From Gonapodya sp. JEL0774 (taxonomy: Eukaryota): 64,000 bases of DNA. This document shows positions 1-12,300 of this stretch, piece by piece. A program made the position numbers and the translations under genes. Location: the NCBI GenBank assembly GCA_027604505.1, contig JADIIX010000007.1:124001-188000 (forward strand). The letters are read 5' to 3'. The notes below the pieces were generated by a model. It searched no databases. It worked only from the letters and a program-made list of their open reading frames with translations, and was not told the origin of the DNA. Position 1 is the first letter of the stretch; each line of letters begins with the position of its first letter.

Positions 1-143
1 TGAGTGTTGACTGCGTTGAATTGCAAATATGGGGTATGTGTGCCAAGACGGAAAATGTAGTGGAAACATGGGGGATTCGCCCGCAGCATTTGGAGCACAA
101 TCTACATATCTATTTACAGTAAGAATCACTACATATACAAGAG

Positions 144-1415
144 CTACGTTTTGCCCGCCTTCATCCCCTCACCGACTCTTTTCCAAAGTTTCAACGATAG
201 TTCCTTTCCCTCCCCACCCGCAAACGGAATAAATAAATTCGTCCACGAGTCCAGCGCCGTAACCTCTACGAAGTTGTTTGCAATAAATGTAATACAGTCG
301 TCAACCAGGGACTTAGCTCGGGGGAAGGGTGCGAGCGTGACGAGCACTTCACAGCAGGATGTAGGTGTTATGAAGCCGAGGTTCTTGCTGGATATAACAA
401 AGAGGAGCTCTTTTAGCAGGTCGTCTGCCAGGAATTGGTCTGCCGAAGAACGGGCGTCGTTAAGTTGATGATTTCACTTTTCTTTCTGCACTTGTCTCCA
501 AGAAATTGTCTCTGGAGAGAAGGAGTATCGTGTCATATCAGTTGAGATTTACCCACCGGAAGCTCGCCATAATTCCAAGACATGGGTGACGTTCCCCAGG
601 TCGATTTCCAACGAACCCGTGTACATGTAAAGCAGCAGGTCACGCATAACGTCTCCACTAATATCCTTGATGATGAGCCGTCCGCTCGTGGCTTCTTCGC
701 AGGGCATCGCCAGGAGGCTTTCAAAGTACTCGCTGGCCGACGCCAGCATGAACCGGTGCGTGAAGAGCTCGGTGCCATCGATACTCGTGACAATTGTAAA
801 GTCTGACATAGCTCGAGACTTAAAGTCCGGTGTTCGCCTGCTGGGATATCTCGGCACGCGTCGTTTGGCGTCTTTGGAGGTCGAGGAGGAGAGGATATAA
901 GGTGTTCCATCTTTCGGATGGACACTCACGCACGCATCCATACGAGCAGGAGTGACGGGTAAATTCAGGAGCTGCATGTGCCCGGATTTCTTCACGAGGG
1001 CGTGCAACCTCGGGTGGTCCACAATCTCCACCCCGACAAACACTGAGTTGAGAGGATGAGCTTCTATCCCCGCCTTGATTTTCATCCACTTCTCTTCGAA
1101 ATGTCCCCCCCATCCATCTCCATTCTTCTTGAATACGCTGGAGATATCGGGGGAGGACCAAGATGGTGAGGAATGAGGGGAGGTTGTCGAGTGAAGTCTG
1201 TACGTGATCGATACGGTCGTCGTCACTACTCTGCCCACAAGGTAGATGCCACTCGTTGTAGAAAACTGAAGAGCGAATGTAGATTGCCCCACGGTAAAGT
1301 CCGGAGTGAAGAAACTGTTGAGGCCCTCCACATCCCCCGCAGGCACAATGATTTCAAACAGGAAGTTCAAAACGGGAACTCGCGTGGAGGATGAACCTGG
1401 TGCGGCGGATGCCAT
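144..1415 (-). CDS. BTB/POZ domain protein (probable Cullin-3 adaptor) with a possible MATH-like N-terminus; 2 exons
   Basis: BTB motifs SDFTIVTSIDGTELFTHRFMLASASEYFESLL and VMRDLLLYMYTGSL. Intron 556-440 (GTGGGT...CAG) joins ELWRAS to DQFLADDLLKELL. BACK-like CITFIANNF follows, then the stop at 144. Confidence 0.8.
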
Positions 1416-1979
1416 GAACTGGGGTGGGGTCAGACCTGTGAGCACCCAGATTTTCAGGACAACATGTGCATGTAGACAGAACAGAAGGCATAAAAAAGAT
1501 AACAGGACAACACATGTACATATTCCATTACTCTCGGGCTGCTAGCAACCTTAACTTCTCGAAGCTGCGAAGGGATATCAAAGCTCTGCAAGCCAAGCGG
1601 AGAATCCGACGGATTGCAGATACGAAGTCCCCTTAATGCAGTTCTTTTTGATGATGTAATGGTTTAATTTTATTGTTGTGAGTCAGCTATCGTGCATCCC
1701 AATTGCAAGTTACATAGAGCAGACAGGAATGATTGCGCGAAGCGAGGGTGACCTGGAAAGGGGCTGACAAGGACATAGACACCAGAATATGTGAAGTGAC
1801 CAGGGAAAGACAAAACGAACATGCGAGAATTTTCTGAATGAGATAAAGTCGGCAGGGCAATGAAAGGTCCTGGCTCTGTGGCCTGTACAGCCCTGGCAGC
1901 GCGGCACGCACCCCCAACGGGAACGAGACGGAGTACTCGGACGCAAAGGACAAACAGGATTGCGGGCGAGATCCATGAG

Positions 1980-4900
1980 ATGATGAGTGGAAGTCAGGAT
2001 ATGACGACGATGGCGGGAACGGACAGAGCGAGCGACAGTGCAGATCGCGAGCGGGACGGGACAAAGAGGTGAGCGTGGCCATTTTGGCGCGAGGGGACGA
2101 TGCTGCTGCGACAAGAGTGCGCAAATCGTTACTCACCAGCGATCGCTGCTCCAAATGGTGTTTGTCTCTGCCTGGCGTGGGGTTGGGGGGCTGGTGGTCG
2201 CGACTCGTTCAGGAAACTGTCCTTCGTCGCTGTGCACGTCCACCCCTCCGATTTGGCCCTCGTTCTCGACTACTCGGTTCAGTTCTACGCACCTGCGCTG
2301 CCGGGCTCAAAGCTGCTGCCCAAAGGTGACAAACTCGCAAAGTCAAAGACGTGAGTTCTGCACTCTACAAAACGATATCCACGCATTCAGCGCTCCGCTC
2401 CTCTGACTGCCGTCGCCGTCACTTTCGCGCTCTCTACAGCATCCGCGTCCAGTCCATCTCCTCTCTCTCTGCCATCCCCCAACTCGCTCTCGAGATCCTC
2501 GAAAAGTGCAAGTTCATTCCCCCCTCTCGCACGAACGAAATAGAGCTCCAACTCCGCGTCTTGTACGCTCGAAATCCAACTGTATTTGCTGTCCAGGGCA
2601 CCGACTCTTCGAGGCCCGCACTCCCGAAATCTCCTGTTGGTCTTGACATTCAAGCATATGACCCAACAACGAGTGGTGGTGCTGCGTTGGGAGGGTCGGC
2701 CGCTTACGTTACTTCCTCCTCATCCCTCTCGGGTTCCGCTCTTCTTGCTTCCGCCACCCCCGACCCCGCACGACCCGATTCCCAACGCCCCATGTCCACC
2801 ACTTCTCCCAACCGGCCCCGAGACTCTGTCACGCCACCTCACCCTCCCTCCACCTCGCACGAACCTTTAGATTTCTCACCAACCTCCACTCCCCCACGCC
2901 GCCCTACCCTTTCCCGCCCCGCCTCTGCCTCTCCCAACCGCTCCACCTCCGCAAACCGCACTCGAATGCCAAACGCCATGCTCGAATCCGAATCCGAATC
3001 TGGATCTCCCTCCGTCCCCACTCTCCGATCTTCTCCTTCTGCGCCATCTCCCGCACCCCCGCACCAGTCCTCCTCCACTTCTCTCTCCGCAACCCGCACT
3101 CTTGACTCCCCACCGCGACCCCTCCCCTTTACACACCCATCTTCCTCCACCTCCTCTTCCTTCCCCTCAACACCTACCCGCACTTCCCGCTCCGGTAGCG
3201 TTCACTGGGCCTCCCCGTCCTCCCAGTCGGCACCGACACCGCCTTCACCCGCCACCCAAACACCCAAGGCCTCTGCCCCCCGCCCACGGTCCGACAGGGA
3301 TTCTCGGACTGCTGGATATTCCGAAGACCCTCGTTCACTCATTGCGGAGGATGACGATTCGGTATGTGTTTGTATCTTCGTTGTTCTCCCCGCCCGTGGA
3401 GGTTCATCGTCGTGTTTCAATCCCAACTCTGGGCTTTTTTCTTACAATTCCCTTCACTTCCACCCCACGTTCCCCCTCTCACCGTGTCGCCTCCGCCTCT
3501 AGTCCCTTCCCGTCTCCCTCGACCGGGTCCCCGAATATATCGAACTTCTCTACGAGGACATGCCTGACAAGGTCGCTGCCACCAGATGCTTGGCGAGACT
3601 GGCTGCTCACCCGCCCAATTTGGCCGTGTTGGGCGCAAACGGTGAGTTTGGTCCGCTTGCGCTGCGGTGCGGGGGCAGTCCGAGGGGGCTTGAGAGGGAC
3701 CGAACCCTAACCATAAGAGAAACAAGTCAATCGAAGTTGCACGGACATCCCATCGCGAAATCCTTTGCTCTTCCACATTTCTAACCGTACCGTCCAGAAT
3801 CCCTCCTTTCTGCCCTCTCCCGCGTCCTCCGCGACGACTCCCGGCGCTCGATAGACCTCGCTACGCACATTGCCGTTTTCTTCTTCCACCTCTCTCTGTA
3901 CCCCACCTACCACCACCTCGTTACATCGAATAAGATTGGTGACGCGTGCGTCAAGCTGATTGAGGCAGAACGGAAACGAAGCGAGGTTTGGGAGCAGGAA
4001 GGGAAGGAAGTGAGGAGGAGGGGGGGGAGGGAGGGGGAAGTTGAGGAGAGGAGGTATAGGGCCATGGTGGCCAAGCAGGATAAGCTGCTGTTTGGTAAGT
4101 GCTTGGGATATGCCACCCACTGGAACGTAAACGGGTGCACACATTTCCAACAAAACGATCTCGGCCGTCGACCCCAACCCCCACCTGGTGCACCACAGCC
4201 TGCTTCCACCTTCTCCTCAACCTTTCCTCCGCCTCGCCAACTCTCGAGCACAAAATCGTCCGCCGGTCTATTCTCTCCCATCTCCTTCACTGCTTCCGAC
4301 GATCCCGTCCTGGAGACCTGCAGACCCTCATCGTCACGTATTTGAAACGACTCAGCTGTTGGAAGGAAAACGTGGAGGAGTGGGAGAGGATCGTGAGCGA
4401 GGAAGAATGGGAGGACGGGGAGAAGGCGGGTGGCAGGACGGTGTGGTGGAGTGTGGTGGACGCGATAGAGATGGGTGATCACGTGAGCCCCTGATGTTTT
4501 GCCGCAAGTTGCTTTCCCTTGCGTCATTAACCCACCTGTGCCCGGCCTGCCGTTCCCTTCAGACCCTTCTCTCTCAACTTCTTCGCCTACTCTCCAACTT
4601 ATCCCACCGCACGTCCCTCCGAGTCTCCCTCTTGAGGCCATGCAGAGAGTGGTCCATCTTGACCACACTCGCCAAACCCATCCTCTCACCGCACCCCGCC
4701 ATCCACATACCCGCCCTCCGTACACTTTACCTCTTCACTGTGGAAGACCGTCACCGTCGTAACCCTGCCATGGACGCCGTCGTAGCAGTCCTTGCCAGAT
4801 TAGTCATTGAGTACCCTTCCGACAGGGTACCGCCAGAACTGGCCGCAGCAGCAGTTAATCTGGCCCATAACGCACGTCTAGCGAAATTGTTTGGGACGCC

Positions 4901-6065
4901 GATGGGAGCGTTCCGAGCCATAATGCAGCGAGCCGTCAAGACTCGCGACCCTCTGTTGCTCAAGCTGTCTCGGACGCTCGCGGTCCTTCCGGAACACAAA
5001 GTCGCCGGGTTAGAATTGGTTGACGACCTTACGGCACTCGTTGTGAGGTGCTTTGATGCTGGTGATGCGGAAAGGGGTGCGGAAGCGGCGGGGTTGCTTG
5101 CTGAGGTTGGTGCAGATGGAATGGACTGGGCCCGGATAGCGAAAAAGTACACGCTTGTAGAGAGAATTGACACGTTTTTGATCGAGGCGGCACGAAGTGC
5201 CGAGGAGCCAGCAATGGCGTCTGGTCACGGAATCGGGGCAGACCAGGTTCCACAAGGGCTAACACCCAACGACGACTGGTTATTGGAGGTCATTGTGCTG
5301 CTTGGAACCATGGCTCAGGCCGACGCCACCGTGGCTAACATGGTGGTTGAGGTGGGACTGGTGAAACATCTAGTAGAGGTGATGGTGGCCAAGGAGGAGG
5401 ACGATGAAATTATTTTGCAGGTTATTTATGCCATGGGGGGTGTTTGGAGATGGGGAGAGGTCGAGAGCTTGGAGCAAGGAGGTGCTGGTGAGTGGTGTTT
5501 CCATTGCGGCTTTGCAACTATTTTCATTGTCTCTCAACATCCCCGTCTTCGTTCCAGAGTTTGTCGCTTACTTGATTGATCTTCTCTACGATCGAAATCC
5601 GGAAATACGGCAGCTGTGTGATACCTGCTTGGATATTATCACGGTTCGTTGATATTGAGCTCCCGACGAAACAGCACTTTTTCTATGTGATCGTAAGAAT
5701 TTGATAAACCTTCTTTCGTTCTTCACCAGGAGTTGTCTCCAGAGTGGGGTCCACGTATACGCTATCAGCGCTTCCGTTGGCACAACGCTGAATGGTTCCT
5801 TGTTGCCCTACCCAACCATCATGCTGTCGGCTCCGAATCTGTTATATCTCGTCACGATGGTTCAGGGACACAAGAAAGTTACGGATACGTTCCTGAGGTG
5901 GAATTCCATGGGAAACGGAGTGTGAACAGGCAATTGGAACGATCTGGTGGGCTCTCTAGGCTTTCCGATGATGATGATGAAAGTGAGAACAGCGACAATG
6001 AATATGAGAACGGCAATTTGCGCGATAGGAGAGCGCTGCTCGATCTTGAGGATATGGAACCCTAA
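1980..6065 (+). CDS. KAP3: Kinesin-associated protein 3 (kinesin-II/IFT accessory subunit, ARM repeats); multi-exon
   Basis: Spliced peptides match KAP motifs: VHVHPSDLALVLDY, LALEILEKCKFIPPSRTNEIE, EYIELLYEDMPDKV, KQDKLLF, LIVTYLKRLS, AKEEDDEIILQVIY, AYLIDLLYDRNPEIRQLCDTCLDII, RFRWHNAEW. Start is 1980 or 2001. Confidence 0.9.
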
Positions 6066-6200
6066 TGAAGCACACGACCCAATTCGTAAATTGCTCTTAA
6101 AACTAATGAATGAATGATCTTTGTCCTCAATGTAATGGACATGATCCTTGAAGCAACGTATATGTTCATATCTACAATCTAAAAGGGTTCATTGACGCAT

Positions 6201-9041
6201 CTACGTCAACTGATCGATCACGAAAGTCAATTCGAATGCTCTGTCCTCATAAGCGCTTTTGCCCTCCGAAGTCAAGTGTCCACTGCCAGCAACTTTGAGC
6301 AGAATGATGCTGCAACCCTGAGACATCTCACCAGTTCTGCAATCCCTGTTCGTTTTGTGGAACCTGAGCTTTGCTACGTACTTTAGAGGCTCGAAGAAGC
6401 GTACACGGTTATCGTTAAGTCCCGTCATAACCAGCATTGAAGGGTACGGTTGCGCCGCAATGTTGTGGTATGGCGAGTATTCCACCATTGTGTCTAAGAT
6501 ACGACCGGAGGGCTCGCGAGGATTCCCCCATTCGGCCCTGAATTTAAGCAACCCAAGCTCTCAATGCGCATCTGGTGGATCATCAGTATTAGAGACTCAC
6601 CACTCAAACGGAACCCAAGGATAGCTCTGGTCAAGCTCATCGAAAGGATCTACAAATGGCACATCACCAACAATTGCTTTGACATATGGTGCCCCTGTAA
6701 CATCGGAGAATCCCAGGTGATTGGCTGTCCATCCTGCAATCCTTTGGAGATAGAATGTCGGGATCTATCAATCATACACTTGGTGTCTCACAAAACACCA
6801 GCTTACAAGCCTCCAGCACTCCGCCCATTCACAACAATACGTCCTTCTGCTGCGAAGCCTGAAGCTATGAGATGTCGAACACAGTCTCGCATGTCAGAGA
6901 ATGTGTTGGGTTTGTTCTCTGCACGGCCTTCGTTGTACCAAGAGGCTCCGAGAACTCCGTCGCCTCTAGGGTAACAAATCGCAATGGCAATGCCACGATC
7001 AAGAAGTGGGAATATACTCGGATCAAATGTTGGACCATAGAGGGACCCGTAGGCGCCGCTATTGATAGTTAAACGTTTGAGGACGTTTGGCACAGCTGCA
7101 ACGCGGATCAACGAGCTCACTATCCGATTACCAGTACTTTTCTGGACTCTGAATATTCATCTTTTTGAATGAAAGATATCGGAATTTTCCTTGATATTAC
7201 TGATTCAGATCCGGTCATCGGAGCTCTCAGCATGAGCTGGGAATATCTGCTCTTCGTTGGTAGCAACCTTCGCGAGAGAACGGACCTTTCCAGTGTATCC
7301 ATATTAATTAAGTGTGTCTCGGAAGGCAAAAGAAACGAAGTCTTAGTGAAGCTGAAGCAGGCACTGTCATAAGATCGGTAGAACCGAGCGTCATCTGCCA
7401 TGGTGGTAGAAGGAAATATAGAATACACCTCGCTTGCGGGAAATGTGGAGTTTTGGAAATGTACGAGGTTGTGGACTCGAGTGGAGTCGAATAAAGATAC
7501 AAATTCCAGCTCTTGGAGTGCGTTACTCCCTGGAGAGACATTTCAATGGTTAGCCGACGGCGTGTTTGCTTGAAGGGCTCGTTCTCTCACAGATCCAGGC
7601 AGCCAAGTATCGCTTGAAAACCTCAACTCGAGCGACATACCTCGAAGAATTGGGTATCAAAACTTCAACCACAGTGGTGTTGTATTGTGACGTCAGGAAG
7701 GTTCCCAAGGTGAGATTAGCATTGGAAATTGCTGCCTCAACAGGAACCAACAACACCTATGTGTAGAAGGATCTCTTGTGCCATAAAGCAGTGTGATACC
7801 AATGCAAACTTCACCTGAAAGTTCTCGGCGTTCCCAGCATTTGAACGAAATACAAAGCTGCCCTCATGATGTTCCACGTCGTAAGTAACTCCATCCTCTC
7901 GTTCGAATAGGCGCATCACAGTCCACGAGGGATCTGCAACGTCGATCACCAGTGCCTCGGTCGTCACCTGGCCAACAATCTTGAGGACAAGAAATCGTCC
8001 GTCATTTGTTTGGTCAATCTCGACAGTCATAGTGATGTCAGTTTCTTCATAAACCGCATCGAGGATCACCCGAGGGCTCTCTCCAGAAGTGAAGCAGATT
8101 CGGGAGACTCCCATTGGGACACCAAGCGTTTCACTCATTGTTGTGAAGTAAAGACAATGAAAAGCACCAGAAGACAACCAACGAGCTGAATAGTAGGAGT
8201 TCGTAATAGCCATGCCGGAGTGATTGGGTGGACCGACGATCCAATACTGCGAAGTGCAATTGTATATGTATACGTGATACCGTTCTGCGCCCACAAGATC
8301 GATGGCGAACGCTAGAACCGATGGATCAGCGGTATTCACTTCAAAAAAGCCCAGATAAAAGAAATCCTGAAGCGGTGGGAGGAAGTCCGACAGATCCAGA
8401 ATGACTTCTGCAGGATGAGAATCTGGAGGCGATGAACATTCGCATGGGCGAGCTGATGGAAGCCGCCGACGAAAAAAGACGGGATATCCTGACTCTGCAT
8501 ATTCGCTCCAATCTGTTGAGAGCGAAAGATCAGGGTGCGACTACGCTGAATCACCGAATGGAATATGATGCTCACAGGAGTACGATCCTTGCTCCCAATA
8601 AACGGAAGCACTTTCACTGGAAGTTAGGCAATTCGCAGTTGATGTATCCAAGATAATGGATGACTCAACGGCTTGGATTTCAGCGACAATCTTTGCTCGT
8701 AGTTCCTTCGTCCGGGATGTAAAAGACTGTTCCGTGTAAAGATTTTCAGCGGCGATGTACGCCATCACGTCCGAGTCTGTCCCAATGTATTTCATCCAAT
8801 CGTAATGATCCTCGAATGTTCGATTCAAAACTCGAAACTCATGTCGGAGGCGTTTCGCTTTTGGGATTGAAGAACTATCATCATTGAGGAGCCAAGAACA
8901 CATCATGACTAATACAAGAGCGGGTGCTGTTGCAAGAATCAGACGGAATCCGTAATTGGATGAAGGCTTGCGCATTGTCGATGGTAGTAACGGCGCCGCT
9001 GCATCCAAAAGGTCGTCCGAGTTCTGCCTCCGATGAACCAT
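6201..9041 (-). CDS. Prolyl oligopeptidase family S9A, oligopeptidase B (protease II)-like, with an N-terminal hydrophobic anchor; 7 exons
   Basis: Family motifs EDHYDWM..AENLYTE, LVIGYGAYG, PRGDGVLGASWYNEGR..KPNTFSD and EWGNP. Catalytic triad: Ser in GRSAGG, Asp in GLNDNRV, His in GSGH. Every break between the track ORFs resolves as an in-frame GT-AG intron. Confidence 0.88.
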
Positions 9042-9324
9042 CCGTCGAGAAAGCTCTGAGCTCTTCTTCCGATTAACAATTAATAAGCAGTTTTCGAATT
9101 TGAGGGGGAAAAGCTGGTGTACAATTGGTCTTTCGATGGTGAGTCTTTGGACGGTGAGGATTCCAAAACTCATTCTGCCTTATTATTCACGTTGCTCAAT
9201 GACATCATTTTCATTACAGATCGCGTTATCGAAAAAAAAAAATTTAGTTGGCCATGCAATCTTCTTATGTGCGATCTCCACCACGAATACTTGGTTGCTT
9301 GGCAGCCCCCTACAGAGTGGTTGA

Positions 9325-12300
9325 TCACCAACCAGAGCTGCTACCATAGTTGCTGTAGTTTGCAACCTCGGTATCTCCTCGTCCGTAGCCGCCCCTGGTC
9401 GAGCCGTAACCACCACCAGCGTAGCCTCCACGTGAAGACCCATTAACGGAGTTGCCACCGCTCGGGCAGTCTCTTGAGACATGCTGTACGCGAGTGCGCT
9501 ACGGTCAACTTTCGTTTCCAGTGAACTTAAATAAACGCAACTCACCCCAACCTCTCCACATTCGTTGCACTTGCGCCTTTGTATACAGCGGGAATGTATT
9601 GCTCAGTGTTTCACTAAGCACAAAAGGCTCTGTTTACATACCGATCAGGCTGTGGGCAGCCAGACACTTCGTGATCCTTGCTTCCGCACCGGACGCAAGA
9701 CCCCGGGGCCCGTGGCTGTCGTGGTTCTTTGAAGAGAAAACGTAAGATTCATAAACAATTCGCGCCAAGTTACAGAACTTACTTGGGCAATCAATGGCGT
9801 GGTGACCCTAAATTCATTTAATCAAAGTGGTGTGAAGTGCGACAGGAGATAGTGCGAAATGATTGTAACAAACCTCCTCCCCGCAGTTTCTATTTTTCGC
9901 GTTTCGGAAGCAAGGTAGTGTTAATGTAGAAACTCGAATTTTTAAACGACCTGCAGTCATCCCACCGACACATATCAGGCATTGAGCAGTGCTTTTGGAG
10001 GTGGCCTTCAAAATGTCCATATTGGGTGACATCACGTTCGGTGTGAAGGAACAACAACATTCTTGCTAAAAACAGCGAGATACACACCTGCCGCTCCACA
10101 CTTTTTGCATATGATCTGATGAAGGCCAATGTTTGAAATGACAATACGGTGTTGCGCATAAAGCGAGGAGATTCCCTACCTTTGGACACTCTGCCCCTCG
10201 GTGGCCTGTTTCGCCACACTCACGACAGGTCTCAAGCCTATTCAGAAGGAATACCTTCCGTATTCCTTGTATCTTCCAATGGTGCACGAGGAACTCACCT
10301 GGGATTCGTACACTCACTGCAACACAGACACCACGGTAACTTTGGGCAATGACATTGCTAAAATAGTAAACTACCTACCTCTTGTTGTGCCCTTCTTGGC
10401 CGCAATTGAAGCAAGCTCGCCCACCGCCGCCGCCGCTGCGTGTGTCGGGCTCAGAGCAATCGCGACCTGTAACATGGAAACGTGAGATCTCTCTTGGCTG
10501 ACGTGGGGGGGGCGGGCTGACAACACGACCACCCACTCATATGACCCTCTTGACCACACCTATAGCATGCACGATCGCCACCTCCACCAACGCCACGGGT
10601 GTCGGGTTGCGAGCAATCCCGGCCTAGCAGGCGTCTTAAGTCACATCACAAGCCAAGACAGTGGGAATTGAATGTCAGCACTCACTCGTGTGTCCGGTTT
10701 CACCACAACGGAAGCATGCGCGATCGCCTCCGCCACCCTGACGTCCGTTGCTAGCCTGTTTTGCTGCTTCATCCCTGCACTCGCGAGCAAAGTGACCTTC
10801 CTGTGAGTGGTCGTATAAGCCCAATGTTCATTCTTAGGAATCACCACAAGTTTGCTCACCTTTCCACAACGCCTACACGTAACGGTCGCCGCAGAAAGAT
10901 GCGGCTTTGGTTCTCGTTCTCCTGGGGCGTTAGTGCATTCCCTAAATACAACAAATGACGTTTTCCGTCTATTACTCTGTGAGCTGCATTTCTCATCGAA
11001 AGCAAACACGCACCGCCCGAAATGGCCAGCTTTTCGAATTCAGGCATGAGCCATATGGCAATTTCATGAGCTAGACATCGGAACACTTAACATCTGATTT
11101 CACACTTGCCTTGTCCACACTTCCGGCAAGTCTCTGTGGATGGATTGCGGCACTCCCGAGAATAATGTCCAGCTGATAGTGTACAAGGAAGAGAATCAAA
11201 TACGATCTGATCTCGAATCGAGAATCAACTGTTCCGTATCTTCCTCACTTTGTCCACATTTGCGGCACGTCTCGGTCGATGGATTTGGACATTCTCTGTG
11301 AACAAAGAGTTTACAGTGATTTGGTGGGCAGGGCATCTCTACGTTCTTCTTGGGCACATACCTTGCAAAATGCCCCTCTATAACATTGTCGTCGCGGAAA
11401 AGAAAACGGTCGATTACCGAAGATGCAGCCAAGCCTCCGCATCATCTTACTTTGTCCGCACTTTCGGCAGCCAGACGAGGAGAAATCACCGCCTCGGCCA
11501 CCTTCCGAGGATTGAAACCCTGCTCCAGATCTGGCTCCCCAGGTACCTGGGTAAACCTCTCGCCCACCAGTTGAAGCGTCGTAGCCACTGCCAAAATAGA
11601 TCGGCTTGTCTAACGAACAGAACACAATGGCAAGCTGCGCGCGAGAACCCACGGCTCCGGCACAGCACTCCCGGCATTTCCACTCGACGAACCCCCAATC
11701 AAGCCCCAGCCTCCCCATCCGTTGGAGGCACTTGATCCACTAGCCCCTTGGTCCAGAGAAGGTTGTGTCACACTTCCAGAACCCCAACCACCGCCAACAG
11801 TCGCTCCACCTCCCGATCCCCGACCACCACCAACAGCGGCGCCACCTCCAGAACCCCAGCCACCTGTAGAAGATCCACCACTGCCTTGTGTTCCCGAACC
11901 CCATCCCGACCCCGCACCCGCTTGCGCACCGGAACCCGCGCCTGAGGTACTTTCACTCTGTGCGGCGCCTGCGCTGACCTCCCAACCACCGTGCGTTACT
12001 GCAGCAGTCTCTGTAGCGGCTGTACCTGATCCCCACGCCGCGGCACCTCCACCTACACGAGGGGGGGAAGCAATTCCTGATCCCCAGCCACCAGTACCCC
12101 CACCACTTGTTTGATCCACACTACCACTGCTGATTGCCCACCCGGAGCTAACACTTTGAACCGCAGACCCAGCATTGGTGGACTGCTCAACCATGCTCGA
12201 ACCAGCTCGGCTTGGGGAGCCCCAACCTGACCCTGGAACTTCAGCAGTGTGCAAGAACAATGATTTGTAAATGTGAAAGCGATCGGAGCCTCCTTCAAGG

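Noticed and set aside
1530..1980. RFX X-box upstream of the ciliary gene KAP3
   Set aside because: There is only a half-site (CTAGCAAC at about 1542), closer to the BTB gene, and I saw no convincing X-box upstream of CATIP or DYNC2LI1.
6201..9041. Apparent frameshifted or pseudogenised oligopeptidase (many abutting ORFs in different frames)
   Set aside because: Every break is explained by a short GT-AG intron that restores the frame, and the catalytic triad is intact.
9183..9545. 120-aa minus-strand ORF as a separate gene
   Set aside because: It is an alternative frame over the last exon of the zinc-knuckle gene (true frame HVSRDCPSGG..GW*).
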